From Escherichia coli (GTDB lineage: Bacteria; Pseudomonadota; Gammaproteobacteria; Enterobacterales; Enterobacteriaceae): 64,000 nt of DNA. Position 1 is the first letter of the stretch. Each line of letters begins with the position of its first letter. Of the stretch, positions 44,601-56,839 are shown piece after piece. The notes under the pieces were generated by a model that saw nothing but the letters and a program-made list of their open reading frames with translations, had not been told where the DNA came from and did no database searches. The position numbers and the translations under genes were made by a program. The stretch lies in the NCBI RefSeq assembly GCF_030013205.1, contig NZ_CP122648.1; one strand, given 5' to 3'.

Positions 44601-44704
44601 ACGTTCCTCCTTTATATGAACTCACCGGAGCAGGCTCCGGTGAGGTGTTGTGAACTTAAGTCTGGACGAAATGCCCGAAAACGAAAGTTTGAGGCGTAAA
44701 AAGC

Positions 44705-45868
44705 TTAGCGGGCGGCTTCGTATATGCGGCGGCTGACATCCAGCGTAATGTCATGATTTTCGCCCAGTTGGGTCATACCGTGATCTTCCAGTTTTTTCAA
44801 CAAAGCCGGGATGGAGCTGCCGTCCAGACCGTAGTCGGAGAGGTGGGTCGGCACGCCTAATTGCTCAAAGAAATTGCGGGTTGCGGCAATCGCGGCGTCA
44901 ATACGCTCATCGTCGGAACCTTCTGTGATGTTCCAGACGCGTTCAGCATATTGCAGCAGCTTAGCGCGCTTAGTATCGCGTTTTTCATTCCACAGTGCAG
45001 GCAGGACGATAGCCAGTGTTTGCGCGTGATCCAGACCGTGCATCGCAGTCAGTTCGTGGCCCAGCATATGCGTTGCCCAGTCCTGCGGTACGCCAGCGCC
45101 GATCAAACCGTTCAGCGCCTGAGTCGCCGCCCACATAACGTTGGCGCGCACATCGTAGTTTTCTGGCTCTTTCAGGGCTTTCGGACCATCTTCGATCAGC
45201 GTCAACAAAATGCCTTCTGCGAAACGGTCCTGAATTTTGGCATCAACCGGTTTGGTAACATACTGTTCCACGGTGTGCACAAAGGCATCCACTACACCGT
45301 TAGCCACCTGACGCGGCGGCAGAGTGTAGGTATAAACCGGATCGAGCACGGCAAATACGGGTTGAACATGGGCAGAATGGAACGCCTGCTTGTCGCCTGT
45401 GGTTTTACGGGAGATCACCGCGCCTGCGTTGGATTCTGAACCGGTTGCTGGCAGCGTCAGCACACAGCCCATCGGGATGGCGCTTTTAATCTCTTTACCG
45501 CCCGTTTGCAGAATGTGCCACGGATCGATATTTTCCGGATAGTTAGCCGCTGCGGCGATAAATTTGGTGCCGTCCAGTACAGAACCACCGCCAACCGCCA
45601 GCAGGAAAGTCACTTTTTGTTCGCGAACCAGTTTCACGGCGTTCATCAGCGTTTCATAAGCCGGGTTTGGCTCAATACCGCCAAATTCCAGCACGTCCAT
45701 GCCTTTCAGGGCATCCAGAACTTGATCGAGAACGCCGGTTTTTTTCACGCTGCCGCCGCCGTAGGTAATCAATACGCGAGCATCGTGAGGAATTTGTTCG
45801 CGTAAACCAGCGATTGCGCCTTTACCAAACAGAATGCGGGTTGGGGTGTGCAGATTAAAGTTGTTCAT
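44705..45868 (-). CDS. yqhD: NADPH-dependent aldehyde reductase (Fe-ADH family)
   Basis: 387 aa starting [22 protein letters not shown]...; ORF-track extension rejected. Confidence 0.9.
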   Translation of the reverse strand: MNNFNLHTPTRILFGKGAIAGLREQIPHDARVLITYGGGSVKKTGVLDQVLDALKGMDVLEFGGIEPNPAYETLMNAVKLVREQKVTFLLAVGGGSVLDGTKFIAAAANYPENIDPWHILQTGGKEIKSAIPMGCVLTLPATGSESNAGAVISRKTTGDKQAFHSAHVQPVFAVLDPVYTYTLPPRQVANGVVDAFVHTVEQYVTKPVDAKIQDRFAEGILLTLIEDGPKALKEPENYDVRANVMWAATQALNGLIGAGVPQDWATHMLGHELTAMHGLDHAQTLAIVLPALWNEKRDTKRAKLLQYAERVWNITEGSDDERIDAAIAATRNFFEQLGVPTHLSDYGLDGSSIPALLKKLEDHGMTQLGENHDITLDVSRRIYEAAR

Positions 45869-46004
45869 TACTTGCTCCCTTTGCTGGGTCAATATGAGGG
45901 CAGAGAACGATCTGCCTGATGTTTTTCATTGTGGTCGCCAGCGCTGTACCTCTCAATGCTCATTTCTGCCAATGTCTTGCCTATTTCTCCAGAGTGCTGG
46001 AGAA

Positions 46005-46961
46005 ATGCTACAAAATTGCGCACAATCAAATTGCCGCATTATTCCTAAGAAATTACGCGATATGAAACGTGAAGAGATTTGCCGCTTGCTGGCGGATAAA
46101 GTTAATAAACTGAAAAATAAAGAAAATGGTTTGTCAGAGCTGTTGCCCGATGTGCGTTTGTTGTATGGCGAGACGCCTTTCGCACGTACACCGGTAATGT
46201 ACGAGCCTGGCATCATAATTCTCTTTTCCGGGCATAAAATCGGTTATATCAATGAACGCGTGTTTCGTTATGATGCCAATGAATACCTGCTGCTGACGGT
46301 GCCGTTGCCGTTTGAGTGCGAAACCTATGCCACGTCAGAGGTGCCGCTGGCAGGGTTGCGTCTCAATGTCGATATTTTGCAGTTACAGGAACTGTTGATG
46401 GACATTGGCGAAGATGAGCATTTCCAGCCGTCGATGGCAGCCAGCGGGATTAACTCTGCCACGTTATCAGAAGAGATTTTATGCGCGGCGGAGCGGTTAC
46501 TCGACGTGATGGAGCGACCGCTGGATGCGCGTATTCTCGGCAAACAGATCATCCGCGAAATTCTGTACTACGTGCTGATCGGACCTTGCGGCGGTGCGTT
46601 ACTGGCGCTGGTCAGTCGCCAGACTCACTTCAGCCTGATTAGCCGCGTGCTGAAACGGATTGAGAATAAATACACCGAAAACCTGAGCGTCGAGCAACTG
46701 GCGGCAGAAGCCAACATGAGCGTATCGGCGTTCCACCATAATTTTAAGTCTGTCACTAGCACCTCGCCGTTGCAGTATTTGAAGAATTACCGTCTGCATA
46801 AGGCGCGGATGATGATCATCCACGACGGCATGAAAGCCAGCGCGGCGGCGATGCGCGTCGGCTATGAAAGCGCATCGCAATTTAGCCGTGAGTTTAAACG
46901 TTACTTCGGTGTGACGCCGGGGGAAGATGCGGCAAGAATGCGGGCGATGCAGGGGAATTAA
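46005..46961 (+). CDS. yqhC: AraC-family regulator of yqhD-dkgA
   Basis: 318 aa from [10 protein letters not shown]...; C-terminal AraC HTH; long ORF-track N-extension overlapping yqhD rejected. Confidence 0.85.
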   Translation: MLQNCAQSNCRIIPKKLRDMKREEICRLLADKVNKLKNKENGLSELLPDVRLLYGETPFARTPVMYEPGIIILFSGHKIGYINERVFRYDANEYLLLTVPLPFECETYATSEVPLAGLRLNVDILQLQELLMDIGEDEHFQPSMAASGINSATLSEEILCAAERLLDVMERPLDARILGKQIIREILYYVLIGPCGGALLALVSRQTHFSLISRVLKRIENKYTENLSVEQLAAEANMSVSAFHHNFKSVTSTSPLQYLKNYRLHKARMMIIHDGMKASAAAMRVGYESASQFSREFKRYFGVTPGEDAARMRAMQGN

Positions 46962-47000
46962 ATACGTTCCCGGTACAGCAACCGGGAACGGGGAAAATCG

Positions 47001-47660
47001 TCAGGCGTTACAGTATTTTTTTTTAATCACCACAAACAGCGTGCCTAACAAGCCAGCGGTTAACAAGGCAATTGGCAGGATCATCAGGAACGTCATTACC
47101 TGATCTTCATGGCGTTTAACGAACGGAATCATACTTAAGGCATAGCCGAAACTGGTTACCACGCTGACCCACAGCAATCCGCTTAACCAGTTGAAAAACT
47201 GGAAACGGCGGTTTGGCAAACCGGAAATTCCTGCCATGGTTGGCAGCAGCGTACGGACAAATGCAAGAAAACGTCCAGCCAGCAGCGCCAGCAGACCGTG
47301 GCGGTCAAACATGCAGGTGGCGCGCTGGTGATATTTAGCAGGAAGCTGTGCCAGCCAGCCTTTCACCGTTTTGGTATTCCCTAACCAGCGCCCCTGAATA
47401 TAACTTAACCAGCAGCCCAGACTTGCTGCGGCGGTCAGAATCGCAATCGTAGGCAGAAAATCCATAACCCCCTGGGCAATCAATGCGCCAGCCAATATCA
47501 ACAAGCTGTCGCCTGGCAAAAATGAGGCGGGCAGCAGGCCGTTTTCTAAAAACAGCGTGGCAAACATGACAAAGTAAACAACGCTAACAATATGAGGATC
47601 CGCCAGCGCGGCAAAGTCGTGTTGCCAGAGCGCAGCGATGATATCTTGAATAACAGCCAT
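47001..47660 (-). CDS. yghB: DedA-family inner membrane protein
   Basis: 219 aa polytopic membrane protein. Confidence 0.9.
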
Positions 47661-47799
47661 GGACTTTCCTGTGGAACAGCGTTTAAGCCTTTATCTGCCT
47701 ATTGTACTCCTGATTCGTCCGGGACGCCTTGATCCCGGACGCAACAATTTAAGACTTTTCACAATAAAATGTCTGCAAAATTGTCCAAAAGTGGCAATG

Positions 47800-48987
47800 T
47801 TATACAATTCGCGCAAAACCGGCATCCAGATCGGCAATCAGATCGTTGACATCTTCCAGACCAATATGCAGGCGAATCAAGGTCCCGCTAAAATCGATCT
47901 CGCCTTGCGGGCGAATGGCGGCGATATGTTCTGGTTGATTTGCCAGGATCAACGACTCATAACCGCCCCACGAGTAGGCCATGCTGAATAAACTGAAGTT
48001 ATCCAGATAGTTCGCCAGCTCTTCATCATTGAGCTTTTTCTTAAGCACAAAGGAAAATAGCCCGCTGCTACCTGTAAAGTCTCGTTTCCAGAATTCGTGG
48101 CCTTTACTGCCAGGCAGAGCAGGGTGGTTAACTCGCGCTACTTGCGGATGTTCTGCCAGCCACTCAGCCACTTTCAGACTGCTTTCATGATGTTGACGCA
48201 GGCGAACACCCAAAGTGCGCAGGCCACGGCTGGTTATATAAGCGGTATCGGCATCGACCATCTGGCCCATCAGATAGGCATTCTCCCGCAGCTGCTCCCA
48301 GCAACGGGCATTGCATACGGCAGTACCAATCATCGCATCTGAATGCCCAACCAGATATTTGGTAGCGGCCTGAATGGAAACATCGATGCCAAAATCCAGC
48401 GCCTTAAACAGCACACCGGCCGCCCAGGTGTTATCGATCATAATGATGGCATCCGGCACCACACTGCGCACGGCGGCAACAATCGCCGGAACGTCGTGGA
48501 CTTCCATGGTGATGGAGCCTGGGGATTCCAGAAACACGATTTTAGTGTTTGGCTGCACATGTTTAACGATATCTGCGCCAATCAGCGGATCAAACCACGA
48601 TGTCGTTACGCCCAGTTTGCTGAGGATTTTGCTACAGAAATCCTGACTCGGTTCATAGGCGGTGTTGGTCATCAACACATGATCGCCCTGTTCGACAAAA
48701 GCAAGAATAGAATTAGCAACCGCCGCCGCCCCGCAGGGGAACAGCACGCAGCCTGCGCCACCTTCCAGTTCACACATCGCTTGTTGTAAGGAAAAATGGG
48801 TTAACGTTCCGCGCCGTCCATAGAACAACTCGCCATTGGCGCGATTGCGCGTCGCGTGCTTTTTGGCTGCCACACTGTCAAAGACCAGCGAAGAAGCGCG
48901 CTGAATCACGCTATTTACCGCGCCGAGAGTGTATTTTTTGCTGCGTCCTGCATTCACCAGTTGAGTATCAAGCTTTTTGTCCGCCAT
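47800..48987 (-). CDS. metC: Cystathionine beta-lyase
   Basis: 395 aa from [25 protein letters not shown]...; PLP-lysine region (…[14 protein letters not shown]…). Confidence 0.95.
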   Translation of the reverse strand: MADKKLDTQLVNAGRSKKYTLGAVNSVIQRASSLVFDSVAAKKHATRNRANGELFYGRRGTLTHFSLQQAMCELEGGAGCVLFPCGAAAVANSILAFVEQGDHVLMTNTAYEPSQDFCSKILSKLGVTTSWFDPLIGADIVKHVQPNTKIVFLESPGSITMEVHDVPAIVAAVRSVVPDAIIMIDNTWAAGVLFKALDFGIDVSIQAATKYLVGHSDAMIGTAVCNARCWEQLRENAYLMGQMVDADTAYITSRGLRTLGVRLRQHHESSLKVAEWLAEHPQVARVNHPALPGSKGHEFWKRDFTGSSGLFSFVLKKKLNDEELANYLDNFSLFSMAYSWGGYESLILANQPEHIAAIRPQGEIDFSGTLIRLHIGLEDVNDLIADLDAGFARIV

Positions 48988-49003
48988 CTCGGGATTCCTG
49001 TTT

Positions 49004-49022
49004 TTATACGTCTGGATGTCTA
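49004..49022 (-). promoter_or_regulatory. Tandem MetJ-box-like octamers upstream of metC
   Basis: Minus strand reads AGACATCCAGACGTAT, two near-matches to the AGACGTCT metbox, about 20 bp upstream of the start. Confidence 0.45.
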
Positions 49023-49153
49023 AACTAGCATGAATATTCGCGGGCGCATCCTGAAGAATTGGCATAAAGCAGAAAATTTTCGCAAATGGCGTGCTGGTGA
49101 CTTTTTTACTGCGTAAACGCAAGGAAAAGAAAGCAAAGGTACGGCAGTATGCA

Positions 49154-49176
49154 AATAGTAATGAGAACGACTATCA
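49154..49176 (+). promoter_or_regulatory. Fur-box-like sequence in exbB promoter
   Basis: AATAGTAATGAGAACGACTATCA resembles the Fur consensus; about 65 bp upstream of exbB. Confidence 0.45.
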
Positions 49177-49238
49177 ATTCGACGTCGTTTTGATATTATT
49201 ATGCGCAGATTTTGTGACTTGCGTCCTGGAGATACACA

Positions 49239-49973
49239 GTGGGTAATAATTTAATGCAGACGGACCTTTCCGTCTGGGGTATGTATCAGCACGCCGATAT
49301 TGTCGTTAAGTGCGTGATGATTGGGCTTATTTTGGCCTCCGTAGTCACCTGGGCAATCTTCTTCAGTAAGAGCGTAGAGTTCTTCAATCAGAAGCGTCGC
49401 CTTAAGCGCGAGCAGCAACTGCTGGCTGAAGCGCGTTCCTTAAACCAGGCCAACGATATCGCCGCTGATTTTGGTAGCAAAAGCTTAAGCCTGCATTTGC
49501 TCAATGAAGCGCAGAATGAGCTGGAACTGTCAGAAGGCAGCGACGATAACGAAGGTATTAAAGAACGTACCAGCTTCCGTCTGGAGCGTCGGGTCGCCGC
49601 AGTAGGTCGTCAAATGGGCCGCGGTAACGGCTATCTGGCAACCATCGGCGCGATTTCGCCGTTCGTTGGTCTGTTTGGTACGGTCTGGGGCATCATGAAC
49701 AGCTTTATTGGTATCGCGCAAACGCAGACCACTAACCTGGCAGTCGTTGCGCCGGGTATTGCAGAAGCTCTGTTAGCAACGGCAATCGGCCTCGTGGCAG
49801 CGATTCCGGCGGTCGTTATCTATAACGTATTTGCACGCCAGATTGGCGGCTTTAAAGCGATGCTGGGTGATGTTGCAGCGCAGGTATTGTTGCTGCAAAG
49901 CCGTGACCTGGATCTGGAAGCCAGCGCCGCTGCGCATCCGGTTCGTGTCGCACAAAAATTACGCGCAGGATAA
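49239..49973 (+). CDS. exbB: TonB-system energiser ExbB
   Basis: 244 aa translation recognised; GTG start. Confidence 0.95.
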   Translation: MGNNLMQTDLSVWGMYQHADIVVKCVMIGLILASVVTWAIFFSKSVEFFNQKRRLKREQQLLAEARSLNQANDIAADFGSKSLSLHLLNEAQNELELSEGSDDNEGIKERTSFRLERRVAAVGRQMGRGNGYLATIGAISPFVGLFGTVWGIMNSFIGIAQTQTTNLAVVAPGIAEALLATAIGLVAAIPAVVIYNVFARQIGGFKAMLGDVAAQVLLLQSRDLDLEASAAAHPVRVAQKLRAG

Positions 49974-49979
49974 TGTCCG

Positions 49980-50405
49980 ATGGCAATGCATCTTAACGAA
50001 AACCTCGACGATAACGGCGAAATGCATGATATCAACGTGACGCCGTTTATCGACGTGATGTTGGTTCTGCTGATTATCTTTATGGTGGCGGCACCGTTAG
50101 CGACGGTAGATGTGAAGGTGAACTTGCCTGCTTCTACCAGCACGCCGCAGCCGCGCCCGGAAAAACCGGTTTATCTGTCGGTGAAGGCAGACAACTCGAT
50201 GTTTATCGGTAACGATCCGGTCACCGATGAAACAATGATTACGGCGTTGAATGCGTTAACCGAAGGCAAGAAAGACACCACCATCTTCTTCCGAGCGGAC
50301 AAAACCGTCGATTACGAGACGTTGATGAAGGTAATGGATACGCTGCATCAGGCGGGTTATCTGAAGATAGGTCTGGTCGGCGAAGAAACCGCCAAAGCGA
50401 AATAA
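49980..50405 (+). CDS. exbD: TonB-system energiser ExbD
   Basis: 141 aa translation recognised. Confidence 0.95.
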   Translation: MAMHLNENLDDNGEMHDINVTPFIDVMLVLLIIFMVAAPLATVDVKVNLPASTSTPQPRPEKPVYLSVKADNSMFIGNDPVTDETMITALNALTEGKKDTTIFFRADKTVDYETLMKVMDTLHQAGYLKIGLVGEETAKAK

Positions 50406-50410
50406 AAATG

Positions 50411-50443
50411 ATGCCCGGTTGCTTTTCACAACCGGGCATTTTT
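50411..50443. terminator. Bidirectional terminator between exbD and yghA
   Basis: ATGCCCGGTTG-CTTTTCA-CAACCGGGCAT followed by T-run. Confidence 0.7.
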
Positions 50444-51328
50444 TTAACCTAAATGCTCGCCGCCGCACACGCCATGCACTTCTGCGGTGACGTAGCTCGA
50501 CTCCTGACTTGCCAGGTAAACATATACAGGGGCCAGTTCCGCCGGTTGCCCCGCACGCTTCATTGGTGTTTGCTGGCCGAACTGCGGGATCTTATCCTGC
50601 GTCTGTCCGCCGGAAATTTGCAGTGCTGTCCAGATCGGGCCAGGTGCAACAATATTCACACGAATACCTTTCTCCGCGACCTGTTTTGCCAGGCCTCGGC
50701 TGTAGTTCAGAATCGCCGCCTTCGTAGCCGCATAGTCCAGTAAATGCGGGCTTGGCTGGTATGCCTGGATTGACGAAGTGGTGATGATACTGGCACCTTT
50801 CGGTAGCAGGGGTATCGCTTCCTGGGTTAGCCAGAACAGTGCGAAAACGTTAATGGCAAAGGTCTTTTGAAACTGTTCGCTGGTGAGGTCTGCAATATCA
50901 GGAATGGCAACCTGTTTCCCGGCGACCAGCGCCATAATATCCAGCCCGCCTAAGGCCTTATGCGCTTCGTGAACCAGCGAACGGGCAAATTTCTCATCGC
51001 TTAAATCGCCTGGCAGCAGAACGGCTTTGCGTCCGCATTCTTCAATGATCTTTTTCACATCCTGAGCGTCTTCTTCTTCCACGGGAAGATAATTGATCGC
51101 CACGTCAGCCCCTTCACGCGCGTAAGCGATGGCGGCAGCGCGACCGATTCCGGAATCGCCCCCTGTCACCAGTGCTTTACGATCTTTCAGGCGACCGCTA
51201 CCAACATAGGTTTTCTCGCCGCAATCCGGCACCGGTGTCATTTTCGCCTGGATGCCTGGCGTCGGTTGTTTCTGTTTGGGATATTCACCAGTGTAATACT
51301 GCGTGGTCGGGTCTTTTAAATGAGACAT
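50444..51328 (-). CDS. yghA: Short-chain dehydrogenase/reductase YghA
   Basis: 294 aa; Rossmann motif TGGDSGIG. Confidence 0.9.
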   Translation of the reverse strand: MSHLKDPTTQYYTGEYPKQKQPTPGIQAKMTPVPDCGEKTYVGSGRLKDRKALVTGGDSGIGRAAAIAYAREGADVAINYLPVEEEDAQDVKKIIEECGRKAVLLPGDLSDEKFARSLVHEAHKALGGLDIMALVAGKQVAIPDIADLTSEQFQKTFAINVFALFWLTQEAIPLLPKGASIITTSSIQAYQPSPHLLDYAATKAAILNYSRGLAKQVAEKGIRVNIVAPGPIWTALQISGGQTQDKIPQFGQQTPMKRAGQPAELAPVYVYLASQESSYVTAEVHGVCGGEHLG

Positions 51329-51449
51329 TGTTTTTCTCCCTTCAGGTTCAACGTCCTTTAAGGGTAGACGCTCTCGATGCGTTGATAAGGGAACCAGGAA
51401 GATCCCTAAACCTCGGATTTATGCGACAAAGGTTTAACGGATATGTTGA

Positions 51450-52013
<564 letters not shown>

Positions 52014-52052
52014 TCTGATTCGGGCGCGGTTCTCGCGCCCGTTATTAACAGG

Positions 52053-53093
52053 TCATTTATCGGAAGACGCCTGCCACAGATTCAGCTCGCCATCGGCGAT
52101 ATGCTGATCAATCTGCGCCAGCTCCTCGGTGCTAAATGTCAGATTATTCAGCGCCTGCACGTTCTCCTCAAGTTGCTCCGCGCGGCTGGCACCAATCAAT
52201 ACCGACGTCACGCGATCATCTTTCAGCAACCAGCTTAACGCCATTTGCGCCATTGATTGTCCACGTTGCTGTGCCATTTCATTCAATAACCGCAGGCTGT
52301 TGAGGTTGGCTTCGGTGAGCATTTTCGGCGTCAGACCACGAACTTTATTCCCTTCACGATGCATCCGTGAATCTTGCGGAATGCCGTTGAGATATTTCCC
52401 GGTCAGCAATCCCTGAGCCAGAGGAGTAAAGGCAATGCAGCCCACGCCGTTATTTTGCAGGGTATCCAGCAGGCCGCTTTTATCCACCCAGCGGTTCAGT
52501 AAATTGTACGAAGGTTGATGAATTAACAGCGGAATTTTCCACTCGCGCAGCAACTCGACCATTTTTTGCGTCCGCTCTGGCGAGTAAGAGGAGATCCCGA
52601 CATACAGCGCCTTACCGCTTTGTACCGCATGAGCCAGCGCAGAGGCGGTTTCTTCCATCGGCGTATTTTCATCGACGCGATGAGAGTAAAAGATATCGAC
52701 ATACTCAAGCCCCATACGGTTCAGGCTTTGGTCGAGGCTGGCGGGCAGATATTTACGTGAACCGCCAGAGCCGTAAGGGCCGGGCCACATATCGTATCCA
52801 GCCTTGGTAGAGATAATCAGTTCATCGCGATAAGCGGCAAAATCCTCCCGCAGCAGGCGACCAAAGTTCTCTTCTGCGCTTCCTGGAGGCGGCCCGTAAT
52901 TGTTGGCTAAATCAAAGTGCGTAATGCCTAAATCAAACGCTTTACGCAGGATCGCACGCTGTGATTCCAGCGCGTTAACGTGACCGAAATTGTGCCATAA
53001 ACCGAGCGATAACGCGGGCAGGCGTAAACCGCTTTTTCCGCAATAACGGTACTGCATCTGCCCGTAACGCTCGGGATTCGCTAACCAGACCAT
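52053..53093 (-). CDS. gpr: L-glyceraldehyde 3-phosphate reductase (aldo-keto reductase YghZ)
   Basis: 346 aa AKR translation recognised. Confidence 0.9.
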   Translation of the reverse strand: MVWLANPERYGQMQYRYCGKSGLRLPALSLGLWHNFGHVNALESQRAILRKAFDLGITHFDLANNYGPPPGSAEENFGRLLREDFAAYRDELIISTKAGYDMWPGPYGSGGSRKYLPASLDQSLNRMGLEYVDIFYSHRVDENTPMEETASALAHAVQSGKALYVGISSYSPERTQKMVELLREWKIPLLIHQPSYNLLNRWVDKSGLLDTLQNNGVGCIAFTPLAQGLLTGKYLNGIPQDSRMHREGNKVRGLTPKMLTEANLNSLRLLNEMAQQRGQSMAQMALSWLLKDDRVTSVLIGASRAEQLEENVQALNNLTFSTEELAQIDQHIADGELNLWQASSDK

Positions 53094-53246
53094 GACCTCT
53101 CCTTTCCACCATTCAATTTCGAAACAATGTTTCTAGTTTAGCGATTCATCAGCGCGTATCCCGTAGTCTGGCTCACAGAGTGACGAAAAACTGGGCAAAA
53201 ACACGTGCTTATGCTTTGCTTAAAAAAACACCAACTGAGGAGTGCA

Positions 53247-54137
53247 ATGATGCCGCGTTTAACCGCCAAAGATTTCCCACAAGAGTTGCTGGATTACTAC
53301 GACTATTACGCTCACGGGAAAATCTCGAAACGTGAGTTCCTCAACCTTGCGGCGAAGTATGCGGTAGGCGGGATGACGGCATTAGCGTTGTTTGATTTGC
53401 TCAAGCCAAATTATGCGCTGGCGACTCAGGTAGAGTTTACCGACCCGGAAATTGTTGCTGAGTACATCACGTATTCTTCGCCAAATGGTCACGGCGAGGT
53501 ACGGGGTTATCTGGTGAAGCCCGCAAAGATGAGCGGCAAAACGCCAGCCGTGGTGGTGGTGCATGAGAATCGTGGACTGAATCCGTATATCGAAGATGTG
53601 GCACGGCGAGTGGCGAAGGCGGGGTATATCGCCCTGGCACCTGACGGCTTAAGTTCCGTTGGAGGTTATCCGGGAAATGATGATAAAGGTCGTGAGCTGC
53701 AACAGCAGGTTGATCCAACCAAACTGATGAATGATTTCTTTGCCGCAATTGAGTTTATGCAACGCTATCCGCAAGCGACAGGCAAAGTGGGTATTACCGG
53801 ATTTTGCTATGGCGGTGGCGTATCGAACGCGGCGGCTGTCGCGTATCCGGAACTGGCCTGCGCGGTGCCGTTTTATGGTCGACAGGCACCCACCGCCGAT
53901 GTGGCGAAGATTGAAGCGCCTTTACTACTCCACTACGCGGAACTGGACACCCGAATCAACGAGGGCTGGCCTGCTTACGAGGCGGCGTTGAAAGCCAATA
54001 ATAAGGTCTATGAGGCGTATATCTATCCGGGGGTTAATCACGGATTCCATAATGATTCCACGCCCCGTTATGACAAATCAGCCGCCGATCTTGCCTGGCA
54101 AAGAACGCTGAAATGGTTCGATAAATATCTCTCCTGA
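53247..54137 (+). CDS. yghX: Dienelactone hydrolase-family protein, intact (YghX-like), about 296 aa
   Basis: DLH-fold translation (…VVVHENRGLNPYIEDVARR…GFCYGG…); start chosen after SD GAGGAG. Confidence 0.65.
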   Translation: MMPRLTAKDFPQELLDYYDYYAHGKISKREFLNLAAKYAVGGMTALALFDLLKPNYALATQVEFTDPEIVAEYITYSSPNGHGEVRGYLVKPAKMSGKTPAVVVVHENRGLNPYIEDVARRVAKAGYIALAPDGLSSVGGYPGNDDKGRELQQQVDPTKLMNDFFAAIEFMQRYPQATGKVGITGFCYGGGVSNAAAVAYPELACAVPFYGRQAPTADVAKIEAPLLLHYAELDTRINEGWPAYEAALKANNKVYEAYIYPGVNHGFHNDSTPRYDKSAADLAWQRTLKWFDKYLS

Positions 54138-54255
54138 TAGGTTTATCTCTTACGGGATTACGTCTTAAACAAGCATGAAAAAATAGCGTGCGCAGAAGTC
54201 GTTCTTTGCCTAAAATATCGCTATATATGACAATATATAGCGAATGAGGTGAACG

Positions 54256-54543
54256 ATGAATAACCATTTTGGTAAAGGCTTAATGGCGGGATTAAAAGCA
54301 ACGCATGCCGACAGTGCGGTTAATGTGACAAAATACTGTGCCGATTATAAACGCGGTTTTGTATTAGGCTACTCACACCGGATGTACGAAAAGACCGGAG
54401 ATCGCCAGCTTAGCGCCTGGGAAGCGGGTATTCTGACGCGCCGCTATGGACTGGATAAAGAGATGGTAATGGATTTCTTTCGTGAGAATAATTCCTGTTC
54501 TACGTTGCGCTTTTTTATGGCCGGTTATCGCCTCGAAAATTGA
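54256..54543 (+). CDS. yghW: DUF2623 protein YghW, 95 aa
   Basis: Size and position upstream of hybO; SD GAGG. Confidence 0.65.
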   Translation: MNNHFGKGLMAGLKATHADSAVNVTKYCADYKRGFVLGYSHRMYEKTGDRQLSAWEAGILTRRYGLDKEMVMDFFRENNSCSTLRFFMAGYRLEN

Positions 54544-54731
54544 TCAAACATACGTATTATCTTGCTTTAATTAATTACACTAATGCTTCTTCCCTTCGTT
54601 TTAGCGCCCCGCCGCAGTATCATGATATCGATAACCATAATAAATGTGTGGTAAATGGCGCATCGATCGCATTATTGATTTTGCGATTGAGGCAAAATAT
54701 ATGCCAGGTCTTCGCAACGGAATAACTATAA

Positions 54732-55850
54732 ATGACTGGAGATAACACCCTCATCCATTCTCACGGCATTAACCGTCGTGATTTCATGAAGCTTTGTGCA
54801 GCATTAGCCGCCACCATGGGGTTAAGTAGCAAAGCCGCTGCAGAGATGGCCGAATCGGTTACTAACCCGCAGCGTCCGCCAGTTATCTGGATTGGCGCGC
54901 AGGAGTGTACCGGTTGTACTGAATCTCTGCTTCGTGCAACGCATCCAACGGTAGAAAACCTCGTGCTGGAGACTATCTCTCTGGAGTATCACGAAGTGCT
55001 TTCCGCCGCCTTCGGTCATCAGGTCGAAGAGAACAAACATAACGCTCTCGAGAAGTACAAAGGGCAGTATGTGTTAGTGGTGGATGGTTCCATCCCATTA
55101 AAAGATAACGGTATTTATTGCATGGTTGCCGGTGAGCCGATTGTGGATCACATCCGCAAAGCGGCGGAAGGCGCAGCAGCCATTATCGCTATCGGTTCCT
55201 GCTCTGCGTGGGGCGGTGTTGCCGCAGCTGGAGTTAACCCAACTGGCGCAGTCAGCCTGCAAGAAGTTCTGCCAGGCAAAACTGTAATCAACATTCCTGG
55301 CTGCCCGCCGAACCCGCACAACTTCCTCGCGACCGTTGCGCACATCATCACTTACGGCAAACCACCGAAGCTGGATGATAAAAACCGTCCGACTTTCGCC
55401 TACGGTCGTCTGATTCACGAACACTGTGAACGTCGCCCGCACTTCGATGCTGGTCGCTTTGCGAAAGAGTTCGGCGACGAAGGCCACCGTGAAGGCTGGT
55501 GCCTGTACCACCTCGGCTGTAAAGGGCCAGAAACTTACGGCAACTGCTCAACGCTGCAATTCTGCGACGTTGGCGGCGTGTGGCCGGTGGCGATTGGTCA
55601 CCCGTGCTATGGCTGTAACGAAGAAGGTATCGGCTTCCATAAAGGCATCCATCAGCTTGCCAACGTCGAAAACCAGACTCCGCGTTCACAGAAACCGGAT
55701 GTTAACGCTAAAGAAGGCGGCAATGTCTCTGCGGGCGCTATTGGTTTGCTCGGCGGTGTGGTTGGGCTGGTTGCCGGTGTCAGTGTGATGGCGGTGCGTG
55801 AACTGGGTCGTCAGCAAAAGAAAGATAACGCTGACTCACGGGGAGAATAA
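54732..55850 (+). CDS. hybO: Hydrogenase 2 small subunit
   Basis: 372 aa; Tat signal RRDFMK; FeS-cluster Cys ligands. Confidence 0.95.
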   Translation: MTGDNTLIHSHGINRRDFMKLCAALAATMGLSSKAAAEMAESVTNPQRPPVIWIGAQECTGCTESLLRATHPTVENLVLETISLEYHEVLSAAFGHQVEENKHNALEKYKGQYVLVVDGSIPLKDNGIYCMVAGEPIVDHIRKAAEGAAAIIAIGSCSAWGGVAAAGVNPTGAVSLQEVLPGKTVINIPGCPPNPHNFLATVAHIITYGKPPKLDDKNRPTFAYGRLIHEHCERRPHFDAGRFAKEFGDEGHREGWCLYHLGCKGPETYGNCSTLQFCDVGGVWPVAIGHPCYGCNEEGIGFHKGIHQLANVENQTPRSQKPDVNAKEGGNVSAGAIGLLGGVVGLVAGVSVMAVRELGRQQKKDNADSRGE

Positions 55851-55852
55851 CC

Positions 55853-56839
55853 GTGAACAGACGTAATTTTATTAAAGCAGCCTCCTGCGGGGCATTGCTG
55901 ACGGGCGCGCTGCCGTCTGTCAGTCATGCGGCTGCTGAAAACCGCCCGCCAATTCCGGGATCGCTGGGGATGTTGTACGACTCGACCTTGTGCGTAGGCT
56001 GCCAGGCTTGCGTCACCAAGTGTCAGGATATCAACTTCCCTGAACGTAACCCGCAAGGGGAACAGACCTGGTCGAACAACGACAAACTGTCGCCGTATAC
56101 CAATAACATTATTCAGGTGTGGACCAGCGGCACGGGTGTCAACAAAGACCAGGAAGAGAACGGCTACGCGTACATTAAGAAACAGTGTATGCACTGCGTC
56201 GATCCGAACTGTGTCTCCGTGTGTCCGGTCTCTGCGCTGAAAAAAGATCCGAAAACCGGCATTGTCCATTACGACAAAGATGTGTGCACTGGCTGCCGTT
56301 ACTGCATGGTCGCCTGTCCATACAACGTGCCGAAGTACGACTACAACAACCCGTTTGGTGCGCTGCATAAGTGCGAGCTGTGCAACCAGAAAGGTGTGGA
56401 ACGTCTCGATAAAGGCGGTCTGCCTGGCTGCGTAGAAGTGTGCCCGGCGGGCGCGGTGATTTTTGGTACGCGTGAAGAGCTGATGGCTGAGGCGAAAAAA
56501 CGTCTGGCGCTGAAGCCTGGCAGCGAATACCACTATCCGCGTCAGACGCTGAAATCTGGTGACACTTACCTGCACACGGTGCCGAAATATTATCCGCATC
56601 TGTACGGCGAGAAAGAGGGCGGCGGTACTCAGGTTCTGGTACTGACGGGTGTGCCTTATGAAAATCTCGACCTGCCGAAACTGGACGATCTTTCTACCGG
56701 TGCGCGTTCCGAAAATATTCAACACACCCTGTATAAAGGCATGATGCTACCACTGGCTGTGCTGGCGGGCTTAACCGTGCTGGTTCGTCGCAACACCAAA
56801 AACGACCATCACGACGGAGGAGACGATCATGAGTCATGA
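55853..56839 (+). CDS. hybA: Hydrogenase 2 ferredoxin-type subunit (four 4Fe-4S clusters)
   Basis: 328 aa; Tat motif; multiple CxxCxxC motifs; GTG start. Confidence 0.9.

Noticed and set aside
45834..46004. N-terminal extension of yqhC (ORF-track start at 45834, overlapping the yqhD start)
   Set aside because: The extension would overlap the divergent yqhD 5' end and promoter region; the protein begins at the ATG at 46005.
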